Notes under the pieces: model-generated
Seen by the model: the letters and a program-made list of their open reading frames with translations, nothing else
The model's database searches: none
Told to the model about the DNA's origin: nothing
Origin: Octopus sinensis
Lineage: Eukaryota
Length of the DNA: 64,000 nucleotides
Reading direction: 5' to 3'
Assembly: GCF_006345805.1 (NCBI RefSeq)
Contig: NC_042997.1
Location: 203,236,001 to 203,300,000, forward strand
In this document: positions 35,900 through 47,657 of the stretch, one piece after another
Layout of the letters: the number at the start of each line of letters is the position of its first letter
Position numbering within the stretch: the stretch's first letter is position 1
Position numbers and translations under genes: made by a program

Positions 35900-37093
35900 G
35901 CAACAGTTGTTCTTTTGTCATTCCAGACAACATTCGTTATGAAAAGTTGATGTAACTATTTTCTGCCCTGCCTATTGCAGTTAAAGCATAACATTTCCTG
36001 TTTTGGTGCTCTGACTGATTGGATAAAAGTGAAATTGGCAAAATAACAGATTAACTACTTTTAGTAGTTAATCTACAAATGAACATTGTATTCTCACTGT
36101 TTATTATTAGACAAGAGTTTCTGGGAATACAGAGATAGATCACTAGAAATAGTCGCAATAGGACTTAATCTGATCACAATAAAGTCAACAATAAAAGATT
36201 TGTTTTCTTACAGGCATGTAAACAGTGTGCTTATTTGCTGCTCTTTTTTGCTCATGTAAAAATACTAAAGTGCAGAGTATATGCTAGCAGAGAGTCTTGA
36301 AGAGCAGAGAATACATATTTCAACTACAAAAGCTGATGATCATTACATACAAATTTCTGTATGATTTTATATTATATTATACATATATATATAATTAAAC
36401 TGAAACTTGAGTTGCAAGACAAACTCTCAGCTTCAGCTTCAATAAAAACCATATCTTCTACACACACTATACACTCATATTGCATTTGTTCAACATATGA
36501 GTTATATATACTTTGAATGATAGACATGGAAGATGTCTATAATAGCTTTATTAGCACAACAATTGTTTTGGCTTTGTTCTGCACTGCTCCCTAGTGGGCG
36601 AAGAATGATGTAATGACATCAGATGCAAAAGCACAGTGCAAAAGAGCCTCACCAGGGGATGTAACATACTTCAAAAGTTACCAGATTTACATTTTATTTT
36701 CACTCCAAGTTAAATACTTGTGGTGAAATGCTAGCAGTTCAGACACATTTGGTTAAGTGAGGAAGATGTGGTCAGAAAGAAAATAAAAAAAAACTAAAAA
36801 CAAAAGAATGTAATGTAAATAGGGATGGGGTTGTGTTTATGGTTGTGGTCAAGAAATGCAAGATCCAAGAATCAAGGTGTAGGAAGAAAGTTAGCTTTAA
36901 GCAATCCATAAAAAATATAAAAAGCAACTTTCAGAAACAATAGTAGTTTATTAAGTCAGAAAGTTGTGAATTTTTTCCATATTGAAGTACAATAAGCTGA
37001 AAAAAATTAATTTATACTTCATGGTTGGCAGCCAGTGTTGCCAGGTATGCAAATAAAGATACAAGAGTCAAGGAATGGAGTAAATAAAATCTG

Positions 37094-37562
37094 GGTGAAG
37101 TGGCTGAGTTCCTTTTGAGTGGTGGACCTCATTGAGGCAAAGTGGCTGAGTTCCTTTCAAGTGATGGGCCTCATAGAAGTGAGGTGGCTGAGTTCCTTTT
37201 GAACGGGCCTCACAGAGGCAAGGTAGCTAAGTGCCTTTCAAGCGTTGGGCCTCATGGAGGCAAAGTGGCTGAGCTCCCTTCGAGTGCTGAGCCTCACGGA
37301 ATAATGACCAAGGCCTTTGGCATTATGTTGTGCTTAAGACCCATCAAGCCAAGCAAAATTGCAGCCATGGCAGATACTGGTATCAAGCAAATGGCATGTA
37401 AAAGCACCCATTACACTCTCAGAGTGGTTGGCATTAGAAAGGGGCATCCAACCATAGGAAACCATGCCAAATCAGACTGGATCCTGGCGCAGCCATCCAG
37501 CATGCCAACCAGGTCACACTATCAAACCCATGCCAGTATGGGCAATGGTTGATGATGATGAT
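37094..37562 (+). mobile_element. RTE 3' end with a 42-bp tandem array at its 5' side
   Basis: About five units of GAGGCAAAGTGGCTGAGTTCCTTTCRAGTG.TGGGCCTCA.., then the standard RTE 3' UTR and (GAT)n tail. Confidence 0.8.
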
Positions 37563-37599
37563 ATACACTTGCCATCTCTTCCTCTTTACTTTTTCTTAT

Positions 37600-38165
37600 G
37601 CTGTAAGAAATTGTGAGAAGCCATGTGCGTGTACCTTCCATGTCTAGCCATGGGTAAATATTACTTTGCTTGGAAATAGATGAAGGTTGGTGACAGGAAA
37701 GGCAACCAGCCAAAGAATTCTGATCCATGCAAGCATAGAAAAGTGAATGTTAAAACAATGATGATGACATTTATAGTATGAATAAGAGTAACTTTGTAGT
37801 TATGAAAGTCACCAACTATCTTTTATCTATTACTTGTCTCAGTCATTAGACTGCAGCCATGCTGGGGTACTGGCTTGAAGAGCTTTTAGTCAAACAAATC
37901 AACTCCAGTAAAAACAGGATATTTATTCCATCAGTCTCTTTTACCAACCTGCTAAGTTACAAGAACATAAACAAACCAACACCAGTTGTCAAGTGGTGGG
38001 GTGGAACAGCCACAAAGACGCACACACAACACACACAGATATATATATATTCAAGTTTCTTTCAGTTTCCACCCACCAAATCCACTCACAAGGCTATAGT
38101 AAAAAACACTTGCCCAAAGTGCCAAGCAGTGGGACTGAACCTAGAACCATGTGGCTGAGAAGCAA
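37600..38165. mobile_element. SINE tail fragment (+, 37600-37768) and full SINE family B (-, 37820-38165)
   Basis: Direct similarity to the other copies. Confidence 0.8.
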
Positions 38166-38779
38166 ACTTATGAGTTTATATTCAGTAAAATTTATAGAGG
38201 CACAAATTCCACCTACATATTTTTAAAGGAATTCATGTAACAAGTCAAACTAGCACACAACTATAAGTCATATGAAACCTCCATGGTCTGGGTGTGTCGT
38301 ATTTTATTCAAGTGATATGATATTCCAAGAATGAAGAAAACCATATTAAGACAACTCAAAGTTATTCAAATAATGTCTGATATTAAAGATGAGAAATAAT
38401 AATAAACTGCATGTTTCTGAATCAACTGTTAAGAATTTAGGGCCTTTTCTACATTCCTACTTTCAACAAACTTTAATACCATTTCAGAGATAAACAAAAT
38501 ATGTAAATTCTAAAAAATATATTTATCTCAAGCTCAAATTTTAAAATTAGCCTGTCTTTCCCTGCCACTTTTTTTTTGGGGGCATTTGCTCAAAAAGGAA
38601 AAGAAAAATGAAAATTATAAATTAAAGGATTTGTATAATCACATCTGAATGTTACATTTGTATAAATATTACATACTTTAGAGAAAATAAAAGCACAAAA
38701 GCTATATAACAAATCTAATGCCAGTTGACTTAAATTATCATCAGCCAAAAATTCTATAGTCAAGTCTTATCTTATTCAA

Positions 38780-39375
38780 CCCTTTTGTTACCATTGTTCA
38801 GTTAAAATATGTAACCTTTCTTTCAATTCATTTCTAAAATGATGAAGATCATGATCATTCTAATGACCAATTTTCCATACTTGCATGAGTTGGACAAAGT
38901 TTATTGAGGTAGATTTCCTATGTTCCTGATGCCCTTCCTGTTACCAATCCTCACCTGTCTCCTACTTTCCCATAGCCAGACATGTTTTTTCAGAATATTG
39001 TACAGCATCTTTTTAACTCAGACCTACAGAAAATATATATATAATCATCATCATCATTTAGTGTCTGTTTTCCATGCTGGCATGCGTTAGACAGTTTGAC
39101 TGGAACTGGTAAGCTGCACCAGGCTGCAGTCTGTTTTGGTTTGGTTTTTACAGCTTGATGCCTATCCTAATGCCAACCACTCCACAGAGTGTACTGGGTG
39201 CTTTTTATGTGTCACTGGCCACAGCTTTGACGTCTTTTCAAGCACAGCAAATCACCAAGTCTTTATCACTTGTCATTGCTTCTGTGAAACTTAACATCTA
39301 AAGATCATATTTCACCATCTTGTCCCACATCTTCCTAGGTCTACTTCTTCAGGTTCCCTCCACACTTAGTGTGTG

Positions 39376-39430
<55 letters not shown>

Positions 39431-39768
39431 TACACACACACATATATACATTACACAATTTTCTTTCCGTTTCCGTTTCCATCTACCAAATCCATTCACA
39501 AGGCTTCAGTTGGGCTGCGGTTGTAGCGCTAGATACTTGCCAAAGGTTTTATGCAGTGTGGCTTAACCTGAAACCATGTGGTCAGGAAGTAAAATTCTCA
39601 ATTACACAGTCACATCTGCACCTTCAGAACTAGGTAAAATAACTGCCATGATGAATGTGGTGTTTGGAACATAAACATGGAATGTTGGAAGTTTAGCTTA
39701 TATCACTTTAAAACAAGAAGTTTCTATCAGAATCAGAGTTGCACATGGGTGGATTGGTAGCAAAAGAG
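38780..39768. mobile_element. MITE P2 split by a SINE B that is itself interrupted by an RTE 3' fragment
   Basis: MITE left part CCCTTTTGTTACC (38780-38850) and right part GGTAAAATAAC..GGTAGCAAAAGAG (39630-39768). SINE B (-) tail 38860-38990 and head 39460-39620; RTE fragment (-) 39050-39360. Confidence 0.75.
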
Positions 39769-40124
39769 TTGAATATATATTTTTGATTAAGCATCTGGCT
39801 AAACTTTTTAAAGATAAACTGTCTCAAACACTAATACGGTACCCATAGAGTTATATTAAATATTTCCCAAATCCTGAATATTCTATTAAGATTATTTTAG
39901 TGAGTCAATCAAGTGTTCTGTGTGATAAACATCAATTAGGAGCAATATGAGTGAGGAAAGCAATAGTATAAAGAAGGAACTAAAAGATATTTAAATGAAA
40001 AGAGTATAAAGTTATGATATTGCTACTTTTGGAAAAGATATTAATGAAGAATAATGAAGAGAACTGACTTTACGTTTTGGACTTGGGTTAGTTCAAGAAT
40101 CACAATAGTCTTTATAATGTATAA

Positions 40125-40435
40125 AGGTATAGCTATGTGGTTAAGAGGCTTGCTTTGCAACCACATGGTTTCAAGTTCAGTCCCAATGCATGGCACCTTG
40201 GGTAAGTGTTTTTTATAGCCTTGAACCTACCAATGCCTTTTGAGTAAATATGGTTGACAGAAACTGTGTGGAACCCCTCGTACGTGTATACTGTCACACT
40301 GTTTGACAACCAGTGTTAATTTATTTGCATCCACTTAACTTAGCAGTTTGACAAAAAAAAAACTAATAGAATAAATACCATATTTTTAAAATAAATACTA
40401 GGATTGATTTGTTTGGTTAAACCCTTCAAGGTGTC
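40125..40435 (+). mobile_element. SINE family B (type 1 tail)
   Basis: GGTATAGCTATGTGGTTAAGAGGCTTGC..CAAGTTCAGTCCC..GAATAAATACC. Confidence 0.8.
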
Positions 40436-40808
40436 CATATTAACTTTATTTGAAAAATTCTAATGATATCCACTAAAACTATTTCTTTTTATTTGCAGTT
40501 GTTTTAATTTTAAAGAATAAAATTTTTAAAATTAAAGTATTTCTTACATTGGAACATTTTTTTTTTTTAATACCTGATGTTGAAATAAGTTAAGTCAATA
40601 AATCTTTTTTACTAGCAATGAAACACAAAATCATGTCTATGGAAGATTATAATGTGGGGATCCATTCGCAAGGGGAACACATTAAGCCAAAGTGAGATTA
40701 CTTTGGTTATTCATTTCTAAGATTTACATTAATTTAGTGTTTTCATGTTTCCCTATTCTGTGAAGCATGCATGTGTGCATGTGTGTGCATGGGTTCCTTT
40801 TGTATTAA

Positions 40809-41031
40809 CCCATTAGCATTCAGACTACTCAGTCAAAAGTAATGCTTATTCATTCACATTGTTCTGAATTAATCATGCATTATCTTGTAGCTTTGAGATT
40901 TCAATAATGTAATTGTTTATTTTTAGAATCACATTGTAGAATAGGTGTGACAGGCTGGATCTGGCTGGTATAATCATAAAACCAGGTAGAATGTTTTAGG
41001 GCCAGATAGGGTCAGTTTGAATACTTGAGGG
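40809..41031. mobile_element. TTAA MITE family P1 (piggyBac-like)
   Basis: TTAA|CCCATTAGCATTC ... GAATACTTGAGGG|TTAA. Confidence 0.85.
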
Positions 41032-41297
41032 TTAATATTAAGAAATTAGATTGGTGAAAGATTGAAAATGTGGCTAGGAGGTTGCCAAACAAAATTAAGC
41101 TGTATTATATAGTCTCTCTCTCTCTGCTTGTATGTGTAATTCGGCTCACATTGACCAAACCTGTGATCAATAGTATTACACCCATAAACATCACAGTGTG
41201 TCTGGGTCTACACTCAATGTGCTGTGATACCTCAGGTTGCTTCCTCATGCAGATGTGCGTGGTATGTTGGTTTCAGAAAAGCCAATTGAGGCATTAA

Positions 41298-41513
41298 CCC
41301 TTTTGTTATATTTTTGTTAACAATGCTAGCTTTGTTTTAATTAATTTTTTAAATAACGAAGAATTTAGTAAAATAACTTTCTAATTATTAAGCTGGAGTC
41401 TGGAACAATTTAGCATCAGAGTTTGATGGAACATGATAATTTAAACCACTTTAAAACAGTAAATCTACATCACAGAACCTAGAGCAGTCTGAGGCAGGTT
41501 GCTATCAAAAGGG
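41298..41513. mobile_element. TTAA MITE family P2
   Basis: TTAA|CCCTTTTGTTA ... TATCAAAAGGG|TTGA. Confidence 0.85.
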
Positions 41514-42605
41514 TTGAGTCAATAAAAGACCTGTCCATTCCATTACATTTGTGAGAACTGGGTTTTAAAGACTACTGTCTCCATTTTAAAGATGGTAATG
41601 ATTATATTGAGGGAGATTTAGCTGCTACATTTAATAGCTTCTTCAAGGAGGTCAACATTACAAGTTATTTTAACAGTTCCTCTTAAAATAAGCTGAGCTT
41701 TAAAAGATTTTGCTTTAAAAACATTAAGGAAAACATGTTGACATCAACATCTAAGCATTTAAAATCAAATATTACCTATGTTACTTATCTTTACATCTTT
41801 ATGTTGAATTATTCATTCAGACAATTAGATTGTAACTGCAATCTTGTGGTGCAGTATTTAATTAGTCCAGACCAATCTATACTGGTGTTTAACGAATCTA
41901 AATCTACGTAGGTGCATGTCTACTTAATTACCTCATCAACAGTCTGCTCACATTAGCCTGGTTTGGCACCAACTACAGGTGCTTTGTTTACAACAATAGA
42001 ATGTTAGTCATGGCTAGAGATTGCTAAAACAAAGGCTAAATCTAGATTCATGTTAATACACACTCATTCATGGTCCTTTCAGTAAATGCCAATTTTCTGG
42101 CTTAACTTTAAGTTATAATTTTATAGCCCCAAGACCAAGTCTGATTCATCTACATTTAGTATGGTAATAGTCACATTAGCATATCACCAGATACCAAAGG
42201 GTCATATTTGAAATTTTTATGTATTATAGATTTATTTAATGTCTGTTTTTTCTATGATATAATTAGACATATTATTGCAGCTGGATGCTTTTCCTGCCAC
42301 TCATCTGTAACTGTTTTGCAAGTAAGATCTTCACAGATCTTCAAAGGCAGACAATTACAGAAACACATAAACATACACACAAACATATACACATAACAGG
42401 CTTCCTTTTAGTTTTTATCTACTAAACAGAATTCAAGGCTGATTGTCTGGGGCTGGATGCACTTGCTGCAACCAAGATATTTTCCCCCATGACTGGACAT
42501 ATTTTTATGGAAGAATGGAAATGAAGGACACCATTTGTATGATGATAACTCATTTACAGTTACCATGCAATGTAAAAGTAAGGATACACACATACACAAC
42601 AGAAA

Positions 42606-43426
42606 TCTATATATATATATAAAAGAGAGATTCTGTCCGTTTGTGTTTGTTTGTCCCATAAAATGGAAGTAAATGGTTCAAGGGAGGCAACACTAATTGT
42701 GCACGATCCTATGACGAACTGCATTGAGGCAAATATTCTCACTGGTTGTGGTGAATGTGACACCGTTTTCGTTTCTCGCACTAGTTGTACCATCTAATGT
42801 CCCATTCAAATTTAAGCCCTTATAGTTTCCTATCCCACTTTCTTTTGCCATGAGCATTGATAAAAGTCATGGCCAAACACTGAAAGTTGCTGGATTGCAA
42901 CTTGAAGAACAAACAGAAGTTTGTATATGAAATGCATCTTTTTTTTTTCTACTTCAATTATTACATGTTTTTCTCTTATAGAATAAACACATACAGGACA
43001 AGTAAACCTAAATCTGACTGACAGGACACAACATTTGTAATTTCATTTCACTATTACTGATATTCCTAATCAAAAAAATGTCTACTAAAAAAAGACCACC
43101 AAACAAACCCACGACATGCAATGCTTTGTCTATATCTCCTATTATGCTATTGCCTAATTTGTCTCAACCAAAATTATGCAATGGTACAACGCTAATTGTG
43201 CATTGACAATAATACATACAACTCGCTTATTATTTTCATATAATGAATGAAGAGAAGTTCATGTACGAAATTGATCTTTTTTCTACTTCAAGTATTACAT
43301 ATTTTTCTCTGATAAAAATACACACATACAGGAGGAGTAAATTATATATATATAATAATACTTTGAATGTGACTCCTGAGAAACAGTAAAAGTAATTACC
43401 CAATCAACGATGAGTATTACTGCTAG
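42606..43426 (+). mobile_element. Internally deleted Helitron carrying a PIF1-type helicase C-terminal fragment
   Basis: A|TCTATATATA start and ..CAACGATGAGTATTACTGCTAG|T end. 42670-42915 reads IEANILTGCGECDTVFVSR/PSNVPFKFKPL*FPIPLSFAMSIDKSHGQTLKVAGLQLEE (cf. RepHel FAMSINKSQGQTLK motif). Confidence 0.85.
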
Positions 43427-43690
43427 TATGATAATAAAAGTAACCATGATAGTTGTAAACAAATATCATCTTCATGCCAGCAGTGTCCATTTCCAATAAA
43501 CATAAATATATAGAGAGAGAGAGAGCAAGTGCACACATGAAGACAGAAAGTGTTGCTGAGGATGTTACAGATGTGTAATGAAAGATTTCCAGATAATGGA
43601 CACGAGTTAGAATAAGAACAGCAATAAATGAGTGAAGAAAGAATAGTGCTTGTGTTTATTTTTAAAAAAAAAAAGATCATCCTGAAATAC

Positions 43691-43735
<45 letters not shown>

Positions 43736-43874
43736 GTGAGTAAACGAAAGAAGGGCACTAAACTCCATTGGCCAAAGACTAGCCAGGCAGAGTACCAAAG
43801 ATTCTGAATCAAACTGTTTTGAGGTGTGTGTGTATATATATATATATATATACATACACACACACACATATTAC

Positions 43875-44500
43875 TAATATACTGTGTGATTGTGAAGTTT
43901 GCTTTCCAACCACAGGGCTTAAAGGCTTAGTCCCACTACACAGGAACTTAAGCAAGTGTCTTCTACTATAGCCCCCAGATCAAGCAAAACCTTGTGAGTG
44001 GGCCTTGTAGATGGAACTTAAAAGAAGCCTATCATGTAGGTATGTATTTGAGAGAGAGAGAGTGTGTCCCCTGGCTTTTACATTATATAATAGCTGTAAA
44101 CAAATGTTACTGTCATGCAAACAATGTCTATTTCCAATATTCTGTGAAAACATGTCTAGCCATAGAGAAATATTCCCTTACTGGGAAATAAGTGAGGGGC
44201 AGTGACATGAAAGGTATTCTACTTTGGAAAATCTGCCTCAAAAAATTCTGTAACACACTTGCAAACATGAAAAAGCAGACATTAAAAGTCTCTCTCTCTC
44301 TCTCAACATCACATGAATGTTGCATAAGACATCATTCATTTCCTATGTTCAGCAGAAATGTGTCTGGCCTAGGGAAATATTACTTTAGTTGGAAACAGGT
44401 TGGAAACAGGAAGAGCATCCAACCATAGACAATCTATCTCAATAAACTGTCCAAACTATGCAAGCATGAAAAAGTGTACATTAAAACAATGATGATGATG
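43875..44500 (+). mobile_element. SINE family B followed by a second RTE-type tail
   Basis: Head 43875-44040, tail 44090-44290, duplicate tail 44300-44500 ending in (ATG)n. Confidence 0.75.
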
Positions 44501-45049
44501 AATATACACTAATTCATTATCAAATACAATACTAATTACAATTTCAGACATGTTCACTCTGCATGCTTTAAAGTCATTATTTTATTCAAACTTTATTAAT
44601 AGCCATATTTTCAACAGACTAAAATATTCAAATACAAAATTAGAAGCAAATAAATAAGCGTTTATTAAAGAATATCTTGGATTAAACACCAAGTTGAATT
44701 TTTCTTTTTTTCTTTTCCATTAAAAGGAACTGTTTTAACGAGAAGAATTGCCATCAAATCTATAAGTGAGAATTTATGAAACAAGGCGCCATTATTGGAG
44801 ACTGATTTAGCCATCAACAGTGGTTCTGAATTTTTTCTAACTTTCTTTCAACATTCCATTATTCTACATTAATTTTAATTATATTCAACTCAATATCTGA
44901 CAAAACTAAAGAATAAATCCTTAATCTTAATTAAAGAAAAGATACAATTTCTTAAAAATCAGTTCTAGACTAATAGTTCTGTTTTATGTGAGAAATAGCC
45001 GCCAGAAAGAAAAGCGAGACTTCAGTTTGATTTGTGCAATAAGTACCAT

Positions 45050-45400
45050 CATCGTCATTTTAACACCTACTTTTCCATCCTAGCATGGGTCAAACTTTCT
45101 ATGATCAGGTGCCCTTCCTAACACCAACCCTCACCCATTTCCAACCAAAGTAACATTACCTCACAACCAGACATTTTCACAGCAGACTGGAAACAAACGG
45201 CACCATTTATATGAAGGTGATGCTCATCCTCAATGTTGTATGATGTCAAAACAAGGAGGCACCTACAGGCAACAGTCTTTTAGTTTCTGGTCCAGTGGGT
45301 ATAGAAGAAAGCACATGCCCAAGGTGCTAACGGTGGGATTGATCCTAAAACCCCACAGTTGAGAGGCAAACTCCTTAACCCCACAGTCCTGCCTGCTCCT
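45050..45400 (-). mobile_element. SINE family B with RTE-type tail
   Basis: TTTTCCATCCTAGCATGGG tail and a head ending CCTGCCTGC. Confidence 0.75.
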
Positions 45401-45652
45401 ATGTAACAGTAAAATAAAATTTAAAACAAAGAAAACCTTCAGAATTATTTTTATTTTTTACCAGTTTGAAGACTTACTGAAAGTATTGCTTGTCTAAGTT
45501 TTACTGTATTCTTCAAATGGATGTGATTTGAGTAAAGGTTGCATAAAAAGAAAACCATCACTGAAATCATATCCAAGTGAGGAATGCTCAAGTTAACGTG
45601 AATCTTTAAGTCATTTATTCACTCACATATGCACATCTATCTATCTATCTAT

Positions 45653-45782
45653 ATAATAATAATGGTTTTTTTTGCAACAAGTTGCTTAACCACATACCGA
45701 AAATTTTAGAAATAGCAGCCAAAAGACTAGTAGTCTTTTGGCTGCTATTTCTAAACTTGTTGCAAAAAACCCTTATTATTAT
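45653..45782. repeat. Short fold-back element with perfect inner palindrome
   Basis: Inner 25-bp arms TTTAGAAATAGCAGCCAAAAGACTA-g-TAGTCTTTTGGCTGCTATTTCTAAA (45705-45755), outer arms of about 30 bp, and a 21-nt segment only in the left arm. Confidence 0.9.
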
Positions 45783-46907
45783 AATCATATAAATTTTTAC
45801 CGAAATACTACTAAGTGAAATTTGTTGATTTTATTAAATTAATTATATTTAACCCTATATCTATCTATATATATATATAGACACACACACACACATACAT
45901 ACATTTCTACTTTTTTTCAAGGTGCCAGGAAAAAAAGCAATTTAATCACCTCCAGTATATTACTGATATACATTTTATTAATTCTGAAAGCGTAAAGAGA
46001 GAGGCAAGACCACATGAACTTCTACTCAGACTAACGCCCTACCACATTAGATGCTGCAATAATTCTTTACCCCACTGCATTATCTCCTCCACTTTTTCCC
46101 CCATGTCTGCACAAGTATAACAACAGTGTCGCAACATGATTCAAAGCATATTATTTGACAATATAGCAGAGAGCTGATTTTTTTTTTCCTCTAAGAAAGC
46201 TTCAAAGACAGGGCTAGCCCCAGTTTAAGGCTGCAAGATGATTATTTTAGCAGCATACTTTTATAACAGTAAAGTCTCACATAAAAAATAAAAAAAAGAA
46301 AGAAAATGATAAAACAAAGACATGCAAAAGGGGGAATATTTGATCTGCAAGGATGAATCTGTTTTTCTGGGAGTTTCTCTCTTCCATCTCTTCTCTCTTT
46401 TTTTTTTTTTAAGGGAGGGGATCAAAGAAATTGATATTTAAGTCTCTTCTAGAATGCTATTTTTAACAACATGATTAATAATAAACTTATCTGGTTTCTC
46501 CAGTTTTTTTAACGATAAAAACTGTGGTTTCATGTATAATGTTAACATTACGTCAAGAATGGCCTTCATTATGTACACCACAAAACAATAGAATGGTGTG
46601 ATGTGTGAAAGATTAAAAGAGGGAATATGATAAACAGACATCATTAGTCACAGTATTGATAAAAAAAAACGCATTGATTATTTTGTTTAAAATTACAAAC
46701 TTCACTGAAAATTGAGTAAGGAGGGGGAGAGAGCAAAGGGGAAATAGGAAGAGATAATTCAAAATTCTAATTGAATGCAGTAATTAGTCAGTAATAACCA
46801 AACTTATTTCATAAGATATGAATTAAATTATAAACCACATACCAAGAGATGATAATAATTCTGTTCAGAAAACCAAGAGGTAAAACTTTAATCCATACAT
46901 ATTTCAG

Positions 46908-46940
46908 ACTTACCTAAAAACAGAAAAGAAACAAATTTAT
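46908..46940 (-). other. Candidate recursive splice site (3' splice site abutting 5' splice site)
   Basis: Minus strand ..AAATTTGTTTCTTTTCTGTTTTTAG|GTAAGTCTG: long polypyrimidine tract and AG immediately followed by GTAAGT; junction at 46914/46913. Not inside a recognisable repeat. Confidence 0.5.
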
Positions 46941-47017
46941 TTAAATATTAAATTATTAAACATAATTATAACAATTTATAATATCACAAATTACAATTAC
47001 ATATAACATAATATATA

Positions 47018-47657
47018 TCATCATCATCATCATTTAGCGTCTGCTTTCCATGCTGGCATGGGTTGGACGGTTCAACTGGGTCTAGGAAGCCAGAAGGCTG
47101 CACCAGGCCCAGTCTGATATGGCAATGTTTCTACGGCTGGATGCCCTTTCTAACGCCGACCATTCTGTGAGTGTAGTGGGTGCTTTTTACATGCCACCGG
47201 CACAGGTGCCAGACGGGGCTGGAAAACGGCCACAATCAGATGGTGCTTTTTACGTGCCACCGGCACGAGGACCAGGCGAGGCTGGCAATGGCCATATGAT
47301 TAAAACAAATAATTATGCACAATTAAAACAAGTTATAATTATCTTAGCTTTTGGACTGCAACCATGCTGGGACACAGCCTTAAGGCTTTGGTCAAACAAA
47401 CAGGCCCCAATATTTTATCAGGTCTCTTTTACCGAATTATTAAGTTACCAGAATGTAAACAAACCAATACCAGTTGCCAAGCAGAACAGGATAAGGACAA
47501 AGACACACACACACACTTGCACAGCAGGCTTCCACACAGTTTCAGGATCAAATTCACTCATAAGGCATTGGCTGGCTTGAGGCAGAAAACACAGTGGGAC
47601 TTAACTCAAAACCATGAGGTTGCAAAGCAGAAGTTTCTTAACCACACAGCCATGCCA
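47018..47657 (-). mobile_element. RTE 3' UTR fragment (47018-47295) and SINE family B (47345-47657)
   Basis: Reverse complements of the elements described at 9446 and 20330. Confidence 0.85.

Noticed and set aside
36048-36074. 12-bp perfect hairpin AGATTAACTACT-TTT-AGTAGTTAATCT
   Set aside because: Short, AT-rich and isolated, with no further structure to support a function.
37094-37310. Regularly spaced repeats considered as a CRISPR-like array
   Set aside because: The units are contiguous degenerate tandem copies without unique spacers, in eukaryotic retroelement context.
42781-42784. CTAG|T initially taken as the Helitron 3' end
   Set aside because: Helicase-like codons continue through it, and a better terminal motif occurs at 43423-43426.
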